The position numbers and the translations under genes were made by a program. 64,000 bases of DNA from Octopus bimaculoides (lineage: Eukaryota), in NCBI RefSeq assembly GCF_001194135.2, contig NC_068984.1:31228512-31292511 (forward strand). Reading direction: 5' to 3'. Below, in pieces: positions 40,601 to 53,170 of the stretch; positions within the stretch are counted from its first letter, which is position 1; each line of letters opens with the position of its first letter. The notes beneath the pieces were generated by a model that did no database searches, was not told the origin of the DNA, and was given only the letters and a program-made list of their open reading frames with translations.

Positions 40601-42859
40601 ACAGCAGAAAACTAAAAGTACTCTGTAATTACATTTTAACTACAAACCTCTCAGCTGCTTGTTTAGTACTTCATCAATTTCATCTCTGGCCTCTGTCATT
40701 TAATATAACATAATATTTATAAACACCAGACATTATAGTATTTCAGTAGATCTGTGTAATATATTTCAGAGGAATTCACTTCTAAAATTAGTTCAAATTT
40801 TGTCAGTAGCATTGCTTGTACTGCCTTCTTGAGCAAGACATTTAACTCTACTGATTTCCGTAATATTAACTAAGTATTTATAATTAAAAAATAATAGATA
40901 TACAATTTCAACACATGTGTTCTAACAAGTTAATTGATAATTTTCAGCTATGCATACTGAAGCCAGAAGGAGGCATTAATGTCCTTTAATTCCAGAAATT
41001 GATATTGATATTGGTATTGCATAAAGAGGTTTTATAAGTGAAGGCATTCACAGGTTGACATTATGTACTTTAACTCACCGAAATCTGAAACCTTTTTTTG
41101 TTTTTTGGTAAAATGCTAGATGGTGGGGTATCATGGAAAGAGGAAAATATGTGTAAACATTACAGACACAAATTTGGACTATTTATCATGGATGATTGTA
41201 TTTAACTGTTTCATCAAGTAAGAATTTCTGTTAGTCATCAACTGGTATTTGACTTTATTTTTTTGTAACTATTTATTTTGTTTTGGAAGTTCTAATATTA
41301 TAGATTTAGGATAAATAATGTTTGTGTGTGTATGCATATTGTGTCAGTGTGTGTTCATGAAGTGAGAAAGGGAGCTTGTATGAATGTTAGACCTCCTAAT
41401 CAATAGGGATATTATTTGAAATTTTTTCATATTTAGTAACTAATGTTAGTTAATGAAATGGTGCCAAAACTTTCCTAAACTAGAGGTGCAGGGTGGCTAA
41501 ACTCACAACTGCTTATGATGGATCTTCTATGAGATCACTCATAAACTAGTATTTCCAGTAGTTAATTTATTTCTCCAACACCACTCATTTTACTTCAGTT
41601 CTGTAAGTTTAAGAAACAGTTGGTGCAAGCAAGTTTGGAAACATAGAATTATAAGTTATGAAATTGTAGAACCTTATAAAATATCATTTCTCACTGAACT
41701 TACACTTTCAGCATTTCAAGGATATTAATAGATGTCAGTCTATATTAGAAAGTCAGTTGTTAAAAGAAAAATGCCAAACATAGAGACAATCTATGGGCAT
41801 TATTCTACTAAGTTCCACAATGCTCTTGGGGATAAAATGCTAATTTCCTGTAATCCTAAAATAAATATTCATGCTGTGTAATTCTTAATATAAATCATTG
41901 TCTCTTAAGCTACAAGAATCTTTCAAAGATTAAAGAATGTAGTTTTATTGTAATAAAGCATTGGTATTTTTAAAAAATATTATCATAGTTATTCAACAAT
42001 ATATGTTGGCTTCTAGAAAACATGCCACAACAAAATTGAAAGTGTCAATCAAAATAAATATTTATTCATTATTTCATCTTTTCAATTGTGTTCTTTTTTT
42101 TTCCATACATTACAGTTAGGTTTAAAGTAAAAAATAGAAAGAAAGCTAAACAAATAATAAAATTTACTCCTTGTGAAATAGAAACATATTTCATTTTCTA
42201 TACATTGAATAGTAGTTTTCTCATATGCTCTTTGTTCATAAGCTACTTCAAGATCTAATTCTTTTAAATATCAAAGACAGTGAATGAAAATATATAATTA
42301 AAATAGTTAAAAATAAAGAAAATATATTTTGAATAAAATCCATGCAGGATTTTCTGGTCTAATAAATATCTTAGTTTCTTTAAATATTGCTAACATTCTA
42401 TTATGCTGTAAACATTAAATTCCGGAAAAAAAGGGTATTTCACCAGATTTGATCTTACTACTGCTGATTCATGAAATGCAAAATTTATTTTCTTTATATT
42501 TTGGCTCAGCATTGTCTTGTACCATATTAGTTATACTTAGGGATTTAGAGTCGCATTCCACTGTCCTAGCCGTTTCCAAACTTCTAATTTTCTTCAGAAT
42601 TTGTTACTAGCTAAAGTTATAGCACATGAATTTGTGTACCATATAATGTTCGTGAGTCCAGTGCTTTTATTGTTATTTGTGACCTTCAAAGGTTTTAGTT
42701 GATAAAATCAACTAAATCAGTCTAGATTTTATTCTGAGGGATATTCTATCACACTATTTGTTGAACTACTCTGAGTCATGGAGCATGAAGGAGACAACAA
42801 AGCAACAAGACTGTTTTTAAAGTAGTGTCAATAGAAAACATAGATACATACATAAACAC

Positions 42860-43020
42860 ACACACACAGATTTCCATCTACTAAAATTCTGCTTGAATAG
42901 TATTGATCAGTTTAAGGCCATAACAAAAGACAATTGTCCAAGATGCTGCTAAGTGGACTCAAATCTGGAACCACATAGTTGCAATGTGAATTTCTTAACC
43001 ACAAAGCCAGGTTTGTAACT
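42860..43020 (-). mobile_element. SINE family 1, 5' half, diverged
   Basis: TTTCCATCTACTAAAATTC..AAGACAATTGTCCAAGATGC..GGAACCACATAG..TTCTTAACCAC is the reverse complement of the head and core. Confidence 0.65.
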
Positions 43021-44717
43021 ATCTGTAACTATATGCAATTATGTGCATGCATACATACATACATGCATACATATATACATACATACATACATACATACAT
43101 GCATGCATACATACATATATTCATACATATATAGTCAGTTCAAATAAATAAACTAAATAAATGAATAAAAGAATGAAAAAAAACCGAATGTCAGGATGTG
43201 CACAAGTAATGTATTAGCTTGATGATTGGTGATATGTACATACATGCACACACGCATGCATATATAAATATACACACATATACATATTCATATACATACA
43301 CACACACATACATATATATATATATGTATGAATATATTATATAAAGAGTGTTACTCAAGAGGTTGTAAGAACTTTTCAAACCTGTCTTTCAGTAAGAGCC
43401 AATTCCAAGTAAGAAATGTTCTACTTTACTGCAATCACTTGGGAAGATATGGATGTTGTAACTCTCATATATTCTGTTTCTACAAGGTGTGAGGCATATT
43501 ACTTAAGTAATAGAGAAGTTTCTAAATGAGGGTTAAAGCAGTGGAGATATTCAAGACAGTACAAAAGCTTTTGAGTTGGTTTATGATTTCTAATTTCTGT
43601 ACTTGAATCCTTTAAAGTCAACTGCACTTTTCAACATTCTAATATTAATGTAACTAAACATTGATAATTTACTAAGAGCTTTTAAATCAAATGAAAGCAT
43701 CTAGCAGCAGAATACTGCTTTAAGAAACTGTCTAAGCAATCCATAGGAAAGCAGATGTAAACATGAAATAAAGTTTAATATTTAATTTTTGATATTTAGA
43801 TTACAAATTACTTTTATTGCTAATTTGGATGTTATCACTGTCTGAACACTTCATAAGATATAGGATAATTAAGTTAGTATTAACAGATTTAAAGTAGTGG
43901 GGTTTTAATACATAATAAGAAATACATATTCAGTGAGGAAAATGACATATTATTTTAATGATTTTGTTAATTGCCAGATGTAACTTTGATATTTTATATC
44001 TTTATAGTGCTTCCTTCATTACCAATTCGGCATGTAAGGTAAAAACCATTTCTATGAAGAGATCTAATAAGGCCAAGACACAATTAGAGTTGTCTCCTGT
44101 ATTTGGTGAACTAATTAAGGTAAAATTAACCATTGAGCTAATACTGTCAATTCTTCCTGACAATTATTTTTAATTAGCATTTTGATCCCCACTATATTAA
44201 ATATGCTAACATTATTGCTTCTTTTTATGCATCTGTCCTCTTTTAGTAACTGAAATTAATGATTTATTTTTCTAAAAAATTAGTTAGTTGATAAAACATT
44301 CCATTTTGACTATAGTCATTGTATGTGTATAAAGCAATTCCCTCCTAGTTCTTTAATTAATCAATACTTCTAATTACAAAAATAAGAAAAACTCAACCAT
44401 TGTGTTGCCCTACCATTAGATACAATAACAATTTATACTTCTCAAATGTTTATTAAACAATTCACTGAGAATGCAATGAAGTCAACTGTATCAATTACAC
44501 CTTAAGTGGACTTAAGTCTATAATAGAAGATACTTACTAAACTGGCTGTGCAGTAGAATTGAACTTGACATTCTAGGATCATTCTAGGACAAGTGTTTTA
44601 GTCAGTCATATCCTATGTGGATGTTATTTCCATCTAATAATTATTTTATTGATACTTAGAAATCAGTATTATAGGCTGAAATCAAACAAAGCCCTGTGAG
44701 TGGTTTTTGTGGAAAGA

Positions 44718-44770
44718 GTCCAACCCATGCTAGCATGGAAAGCGGACATTAAACGATGATGATGATGATG
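44718..44770 (+). mobile_element. RTE-type 3' tail
   Basis: GTCCAACCCATGCTAGCATGGAAAGCGGACATTAAAC(GAT)n, as at 3662. Confidence 0.7.
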
Positions 44771-46624
44771 CTGGTGAGTGTAGATGAGTGTGGTGGTGGC
44801 AGTAGTAGTGTTGCTGCTGCTGCTGCTGCTGGTAGTAGTAGTAGTAGTAAAACACAGCTAAATGCTGATATGATATATCAGTATGGCTATTTACCTACCC
44901 CTGCTATTGTTTTGCCTTTGTTATGAGGAATATATTTAATTGGATTGTCAGAGAGAAAGAAAGGGAGGAGAAAATGAGAATTGGACAGACACGCCAATAG
45001 GGAAGAGAGAGTAGTATAGTGTCGTTCAACAGAGCTTCAATGAAGTTTCAGATGTTGCTTTAGATTAATCTGTCTGTACTTAAAATACTTGTTGACTGTC
45101 AGTTGCATCTGTCACAGCTATTAGACTGTCAATTAGAGGTGGCTCTTGAGTAGCTTCAGTCTCTGTGAAGAGATGTTGCAAAATATTATTTACAGAAAAA
45201 TCCAGAATTTGAAATCTGTGGATGCATTGCCATTTAACTCCTCTCACCTCAAATTTTGTATTCCTGTAGCTGTTGAGTTCCGTTAATCAACATGCCAGTT
45301 ATATAACTTTTTTATTATCATTCACAATTGATATAATTGGTAGTCTTTCTAGAATATCATCTTCCTCTGATGTTGCAGTTAAATGATTTGTTTTAATTTT
45401 CCTTAATACAAAAATATAATTAATTAATGCTAATTTGAACCATATCTTAAGTTATTGCTCTATCTTGATTTTGCTTTCTTTTCTTATATTTTTACATCTT
45501 TATTACATTTATGAATTCCAAATTTAAACACAAAATGTCTTATTTTGTAGATTCTGGTTTTAAATCATAGCTTTCCACTGAGTTCAGTTATGGTTTGTTC
45601 TTTTCTTTGACATCTTCATAATCTTCCTGCAATATGAAAATTGCTATATTATCTTGCATCGAAGCCAGTAATTAATTCACAAGTTACAAAGATACTCTCT
45701 TTCTCCACTACTTAACCCTTGTTCACCCAAATTAACATCACTATTTTAACCTGGTATTTACTTGATAAATGATGATTTAAATTTTGTATTCCTTTTGAAA
45801 GATAATTAATTTTAATTAATAATCCTTTATAGATATTCCTGGTAGCATTATCAATAACATTCCATAACATTTCCTACGACCACTATTCTCTTTATCACCA
45901 TTCATCATTGTTTTAGCATTCCATTTTGATGTTGGCATAGGTTGAATGGGTTCATATAATAACATAATTTTATATTTCTTGTTCCTGTATCACTTCATCT
46001 TTGAAGCCAAACTTACTCATATCAGCTTTAACCACATCCTTCTACATCTATTTTGGCAATATTTACTGTAAGTAAATTCATGTGTCCTCACCATAATTAT
46101 GCTAATATGACCCCACCATAATCATACCAACACTTTTTTCTCTGTTGTTTATGTGGATTTATGTTATTGATATTAAGCCAGTTTCTCACCCTACATATGC
46201 TGAATATTCTGCAATCTCATCTTGTACAATAATCAGTTCATTTCTGTTCATTTTCTACAAGTAATTCTTATTCATACTCATATATTTCTATGCTGTATAT
46301 TATTATACTTTGTGATTCATTTCTCAAATAATCTAACCTACGTATGTTTTGCATTTCTAATATTCCTCTGAAGGAATATTATATACAGAAAGAAACCTAT
46401 GTTCTGTGAACATAATTCTCTAAACTATAAGCCAGTTTCTGTCTGCTTCAACAACAATGCATTGTACAAGATTCGGCTATTCTACCACAAATCATACAAC
46501 TTCAGGAGTTAAAATTCAATAATTTCAACAATATGTGTGAGTCAATCTTGATTATGATTTTTATATTATTATTAATATATTACTATTAATAATATATGAT
46601 CTTTGCCTTTATTATTAATAAGTT

Positions 46625-47430
46625 TGAAGATATCCAGCGATTTCAAGATCCATGAATGCAGTATGCTGTTGAAGGCCTTTTTATAATCAATCCATGCAGA
46701 ACTGAGATTTCTGTGTTTGTTATGACAGTTCTCAAGGATCATGTGATTGATTAAGAGTTGGTCTTTGCATCCATATGAGCCTTGTCAGCATCCTTTATAT
46801 TCAGTGTGGAAAACATCATTCTGTTTCATGAATTTGTATGTTTTCTCCACAAGAATGGATGTTAAAATTTTATACTCAGTAGATACACATGTTATGGGCC
46901 GATAGTTTTGGGGAAATTTGGTTTCATTATTCTTCAGGAGTAGGCAAGTATTACTACTTGCTAACTAATTAGGTGTTTTTGTAGGATCTCTCATAATTTC
47001 ATTGAATAACTGCACTAACTTTTCATGTGTGCATGGGAGCAAGGCAAGCCAGAGATTTGGCACCCTATCATTACCAGGAGATTTCCACTTATGAGCCTTC
47101 GTGAGTGTCATCCTTAGGTCTGCTATTGTAATGTTTTCCCATGCTTGTTCTGGTAAGTTTTGTTTGGATCCTTCTGTGCGTCGAACCCAGTCTGCATTTT
47201 CCTTTTAAGTCTTTTCATTACTCCAGATATTTTCCCAGAAGTTGTCAACTGCTTCCATGGCAGGGGTGGAGGGTGTCTTCAATGGTTATTTTCTCTTACC
47301 CTATTTTCCTGTAGAATGTTTCAGCATTGGATGTGAACAGCATATTTTGCTTGTAAAATTTGTTTCTTTTCTTAAATCTTCGTATTCTTTGAGCTTTTAC
47401 TTGGACACTTTGTTCTAGAGAATGTCAAAG
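46625..47430 (-). mobile_element. non-LTR retrotransposon RT N-terminal remnant (R4/Dong-like)
   Basis: The reverse complement gives PQNYRPITCVSTEYKILT and SAWIDYK.. (RT domains 1-3), with frameshifts. Confidence 0.75.
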
Positions 47431-47479
47431 CATAAGTAAATTAGAAGTTTGATTAGTAATCATTATTATTATGATTAAT

Positions 47480-47800
47480 TATTTTCTCTTTATCATGGGT
47501 TTTGTTGGAGATCATGGATTTTTGCATGCATAACGGGCTTACTACCAGCAGCCTATGGTCCCATGGTATTCATTCTTTTCAGCTATCTAATACTTTCTTG
47601 ATTATTCTGGTCATGCCAAGTGGGCAAACATTTTGTAACAATTGTACCAGCTACTCTATTCCAATTTCTTTTATATTCCTCTAATGCCTTCTGATAGTGT
47701 TCCCAAGGACCCAACAATAATTCGCACTATCTTCACCTTCTTCATTTTCCATAGCAGGGCTATTTCGTACTTAAGGGAGTTGTATCTGTCTATCTTTGCA
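47480..47800 (-). mobile_element. R4/Dong-like LINE C-terminus (restriction-like endonuclease end) plus 3' UTR
   Basis: KIDRYNSLKYEIALLWKMKKVKIVRIIVGSLG and LLQNVCPLGMTRIIKKVLD; both sides are flanked by (TTA)n. Confidence 0.8.
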
Positions 47801-48594
47801 TTGTCCTTCTTTATTATTATTATTATTTTTATTATTATTATTACTTCTATTTCTGTGATTGTCATATATCTAAAACTGCAGTAGCAGAGATGCCACTTCA
47901 GTTTTTAGAAATCACTTCATTGCAATGACTATACAGTATCGATTTACTATCAGTACCTTTCTTACATATTGATCAAAGCTGTTTTCAAAGGTTGCTGGAT
48001 TATATGACCTTCACTAGTGACTTTGTTTGTTTATTTTTGCCATATTCACTTTTAGATTTTTTGATTCAAATCAAATATCCAAAGTTTTGCAATTTAAACA
48101 TTTTTCACAGATTTTGCTAAGTGAAAAAGTTTATCAACAACAAACAAAGTATTCTCAGAAATATACTGTCCTGCACACTTTTATAATTTCATTACAGAAT
48201 AAGGAGTAAAAAGAACACTTATCATTGCACTCTAATGGACTCTCAACAACTGTTTACTTTAAACACCTGATAACAGAAAATGAACAAAATTAAAACCAAG
48301 ATTATGACTAGCTAGTAGTTTAAACTTACAGCACTGACTTTCATGTAGCAGATTTCCTAGTTCAAAGATGTTTTAATTATGATTTAAATTTTCTGTTATG
48401 AAGCACTATTTATATATACTAAAATAACAACCAGTTTAACATGGACAGCTATCGGGTACAGTGATATGATTTAATTACCCCAGTTCCTAAATCAGGAAGA
48501 GAATGAAATCAAAATGTTGATGTTGGTATACATTTCCATGTTATTGTTATTATTAATATTATTCATAATGTGCATGAATGTTTTACATTTGGAA

Positions 48595-48930
48595 TCAATG
48601 TCCTTGATACTGGGTCACAACCAATTTCCATAGATGTTGAGGACCTATTGTTGTTCCCAATAAGGTAGATTTCTGAATTAATGCAACTTGTGTAGTCACA
48701 CCAATCTCAATAAGGGAACTGTTACGTCTGTTGGTGATGTTACCGAGAACACTTCTGACAACTGGGATTATTTTTTTGTAGAAACCCTCCACAGTCGTCG
48801 TATTTCCTAAGCCAAATCCTAGTATTTTCCTATTTTCTTCTCCTCTTTGACCCCTACATTCATGTCCACAGACATAACCACACCTATGATGATGCTGTCT
48901 TTTTACAAAGTCAATCCAAAGCATAACCAT
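48595..48930 (-). mobile_element. second R4/Dong-like LINE C-terminal fragment
   Basis: KIIPVVRSVLGNI...EIGV..LIQKSTLLGT resembles VxPxxVGALG...QKxxLLGTARI. Confidence 0.65.
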
Positions 48931-49196
48931 CACCTCTTTTTTTACAGGTCAAGTGATAGTGTTGGCTAAGTAGTTGATTTTAAAGTTTGAACTATGCTTT
49001 TGAAATTAAATCAGGAACAAAAGTAAAAAGTTATATTATCTCTAAAGATTGTAATGTTATTATCAGTCCAAATATGTTTCAGGCCCATTCAAACCAGTGA
49101 ACAAGCTACTCACTGTTTTGTCATGGAAAATATATCCCATTTGTTGACAAATGGTGTGTAAACAACTACATCAGCTCACAGTGCTGTCTACCCAAA

Positions 49197-49238
49197 CCGT
49201 GAGATGCAAGCATTTTGTAGTAGTTATCTCCTCTTCAG
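49197..49238 (-). ncRNA. sister hammerhead motif with intact CTGAAGA but decayed GAAA
   Basis: The reverse complement reads CTGAAGA-GGAG-ATAACTA-CTAC-AAAA-TGCTTGCA-TC-TCACGG. Confidence 0.55.
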
Positions 49239-49466
49239 TGCTGTGATCTGATTGAAGAGACTGATTATCTTATGCTTTTCCAGTTGCCATATGGCGACTG
49301 GCAACTCTGTGCAGTGGCTCAATGTAAGTAAATTACAGAAGGGGAGTGCTAAACAGTGATAAGTAAAATTGTAATGTTATTATCAGTCTGAATTTGCTTG
49401 AGGCACATTTGAACCAGTGAAGAAGCTACTCACTGTGTTTTGTCACAGAAAATATCTGTCTAGTGT

Positions 49467-49514
49467 CCATGACCAAAGAAGAGATAACTACTCTGAAATG
49501 CTTGCATCTCATGG
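49467..49514 (+). ncRNA. type I hammerhead ribozyme motif, core-mutated
   Basis: Stem I CCATGA/TCATGG is a perfect 6 bp. The core reads CCAAAGA (consensus CUGANGA). Stem II is AGAG-ATAACTA-CTCT, then GAAA, stem III ATGC-TT-GCAT, and cleavage triplet AUC. Confidence 0.6.
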
Positions 49515-50679
49515 TCTAGGTAGATGGCACTGCAAGCTGATATAGGTGAATACACACCATTTGTCAACAAACAGAATATATTTTCCATGACAAAACACAG
49601 TGAATAGTTTGTTTGAACATGCCTTAAGTATATTCAGCCTGATGATAACATTACAATTTTACTTATCACTGCTTAGCGCACCCACTCTGTAATCTCTAAA
49701 GAATATTTGCCAAAGAGGATCCTCACATTTTATTACTGCAATATTGGTTTCTCTGCAATCCAAGCTTTTTAAGCTGCTATGGTTTAAATTATGCCACTAA
49801 TGCTTTTTAAAGGTATGGAAGTTACTGCTTAAATCTAAAATATCATGAGTATTTATGTTTAGAATCAAGTATTACTTTATCTGGTTTTACTCACTTTAAT
49901 TTCAACTAATTAGAAATAGTAATATGTAAGATCAAATAAGCAAAAAGTTTCTCATCTTGCTTATGTAAGACATTTATGCTAATCTCCAACACAATGGTGA
50001 TTCAGTACAAGTAGTCAGATGATTAGAGGAAATGTCTGACTATTAAGTTATTTCCGTCAAGATTCTGAATTGAAATTCACTTCTGATACTACTTTGGTCT
50101 TAACCTATTTGAAATCAATAACATGTAAATCACCAATATTCACAAGTGGATTCAGTGAACTTTACTCCCTGGGATGCATCAAACAATTCTATGTTATGAA
50201 TTGCTTTGAGGGAAATTGAGACAGCAGAATACTTAACTGGATGTGTAACTCATACTTCAGAAAGTTAATCCTCCTGAATTTTATTATACCTTTTCACTTG
50301 GTATTGAGATCGGTTAGCAGTAATATAGAGGATTTAATTCAGGTAGCTATAATTCTCTCTCTCCTTCTTTCCCCTCTCTCTTCTCTTTCTCTTTGCTATT
50401 TTGTCCATTGATAAAATAACTGTGGATTCTTTTTTTAATTGGTGATCACAATAGTTTAGAGATAAGCTGCATTTAAATCATGTTTGTAACATGATTTTAA
50501 TTTTTGCCTGAAAGGATATCCTATTTCACTAAAGCCATAAATATACTTAACAAAGCTCAGATAAAATACACAGGGACATGTTCTGTTTGAAAAACAAAAG
50601 GTATCAATAGTTCTAACATACTCTATACACTGAGTAAAAATAATTTAAAAAATAAAACTTTAATTATATAAGTATAGGC

Positions 50680-50830
50680 TGCAGGTAAATGAAGTGAGGA
50701 GTTTGATTGATCTTGGAAGTCTGGCAACAACTCTGGATATCATTTGGTCAGTAAAGCATAGTCATTGAAGTGTAACAAGACCAGAGCATATCTGGATTGT
50801 CACCATATTTCCAAGTTCAAGGACATTCTT
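50680..50830 (+). mobile_element. ancient RTE LINE RT fragment
   Basis: QVNEVRSLIDLGS resembles the LExVxxFxYLGS motif. Confidence 0.35.
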
Positions 50831-52759
50831 CTCAGCATTGTACAAATTCTATTTTTTAATTAATTAAAATTTCAGGGTTGACTTTGTGTTTCTTTATCAA
50901 AGTAATGATTCTTTTTCTCTCGGCATGAGATTAATCTTCATTAGTGAAAATTCATTGGCTTATGACATAAACCACCTTAACATCAGTTTTACAATGCCAA
51001 AAGTGGCATGAATGTCATAAATTACTATTTAATTTTTTAAAGTAAAGTGTGTTTTCTGACATATTTAAGGATAACTAATTTCTAAATTTGACACAAGATC
51101 ACAATGTTTAGAAGAAGGAGTATATTTAATTTAGTCAGCTATAGTATTTGGCTGATATATTTTATTTCATTGATTCTGAAGGGATGAAATGCAGTATCAG
51201 CAGTGGCTTTAAAATATGAGATCAAAGAAAACAGATAATGAAATCTAATGAGAAATGTAACTGAATTTTTTTCTATTGGTAAAGAATTATAAGATTTGAT
51301 CTCAGAATGGAGAGGGATATAACTAAATATCACAAAACATTAACTACACTACTACACCAATTCCACTACTGCTGACCTGAGAAATCAATATTGTTAGTTA
51401 TTTTAACAAATAACTACAGATATAAAACAAGTAATCTTGTAATTTTATGACTAATTATAACAAAGTTATGTTTTTGAGCATCAGAGTAGATCAGTAAAAC
51501 AAAGTAATGATCAAAAATGTGCATTCTTTTCCAATAGAAAGCATAGAAGTTCAGTCACATTTATCATTAATTTAATTTCATTATCAGTTTTTCTTTGATC
51601 TTATATTCTAAAGCCTTCATATATTAGATTTTTAAAATAAAATGTTTTTTTCTTTAAATCAAAATAAATATATATGTATTTTTACTGAAACTCTATACAA
51701 TATACCCAATAGATTACATCAAAACATGTAAAATTTTACACCTCAAAGTAAAGAAATATATATGTATCAGACATATANNNNNNNNNNCACACACACATAT
51801 ATATATATATACATACACACATATATAAATACATACACACATACATACATACATACATAAATATATATATATATGTATGTGTATATATGTGTGTTTGTGT
51901 GTGTGTGTATGTGTGTGTGTGTGTGTGTGTGCATGCATGCATATACACACATAAGTGAATAGAATAAATATAAAAGAAAATTGTATTTTATTTACCTTGT
52001 GGTGGGGTGGGTATGTTCTTTCTCTTCTAAAAGTTCAAAGATACTAATTGCTTACCAGAAAAGAAAAATAACTCTAAAAACAATACTGTAATCACAATGA
52101 TATTTGAAGGAAAAACTAGAAGTTTAATAGAAAGAGTTATGAAAAACTATCATTTTGTTAAAACAAAACACATTTTTCATTTTGTATTAGTATTAAAGCC
52201 ACTCATTACAATTAGTATTTCTTTTTTTTTTTTAATAAATTTTCATTGATCAGAATTTGATGGTTAGGATTTGTTTTATGTTATATTGTACAATTTCAAC
52301 TTGTAATTAATACATTTCTTTTTAAATTTTAGCAAATAATAAAATGTTTCATCAATTCTTCATTTTTATGGCGTTTTAGTAAATTTTAAGTATCAGGAAT
52401 TAAGCAAAAATTACATTTTCCAAAAAGAATATTTTCAACAGATTGAAATAAAAGGCATAGATCAATGTCAGTTGGAGAGCTCTGTTCAAATATGAGGGTT
52501 AATATATTAATTAAATGATATGTTGCCAAGAATCATATGATAAAATTATTGGGAAAGATAAAATACAAAAATTTGCTGATTCTATTGTAAGTAGGCAAGA
52601 GTGGCTGCTTTGAAATATACTCCATAGTTTTGATTTTAGGCTTATCTTTTCTAAACTAACATGTTTAAATGTAGGGATGGTAGCTTCTATGGATAGTTTG
52701 ATAATATCCTTGAAGTTAAGTTCTTATACTCATGTACAAATCCAATTCCCAGTCAAACC

Positions 52760-53170
52760 AAAAGAAGAGTGTAATGATGCATGACAAAATGCACATGAAG
52801 CAGCAATAGCTAAAACAAGGCCATGTACATTTACATTACATGATCATGTGTACTCAAATGTAGAAAGACCTTTGTTGTAGTAACTATCATGGAAGAATTA
52901 TTGTGTTTATATACAATGGCTGTGAAAATACACAGAGCTAGGTTACAAATCACATCATTAAACTGCGGGATGCTTGTGCCTGTGTTCTTATGCTTCATCA
53001 GCTTCAGATACTGTGAATCTATAAGATGTGGTGTAGCAAAACTGAAAAGAAGCTGAAAAGGCAGGTATCCAACTGGAGAGAAGCAGAAAAGACAGACAGA
53101 GTCAACAACAGTGGAGAAAAGTTGTTGATAGCCTATGTTCCATACGGGAGGAACTGGTTTAAATAAGTTG
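52760..53170 (+). mobile_element. ancient RTE LINE C-terminus
   Basis: MEELL..TMAVKIHRARLQ and KMWCSKTEKKLKRQVSNWREAEK..LLIAYVPYGRNWFK* resemble RTE termini (TWxRTxEKELK..WxExEK..WRxLxxAxC). Confidence 0.45.

Larger units (their letters stand above)
49048..49693. mobile_element. fold-back cluster of three copies of a short hammerhead-bearing repeat (A- 49048-49238, B- 49332-49460, C+ 49467-49693)
   Basis: GTAATGTTATTATCAGTC..CTACTCACTG..TTTTGTCA occurs twice on the plus strand and once as a reverse complement; A and C are inverted over ~190 bp. Confidence 0.85.
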
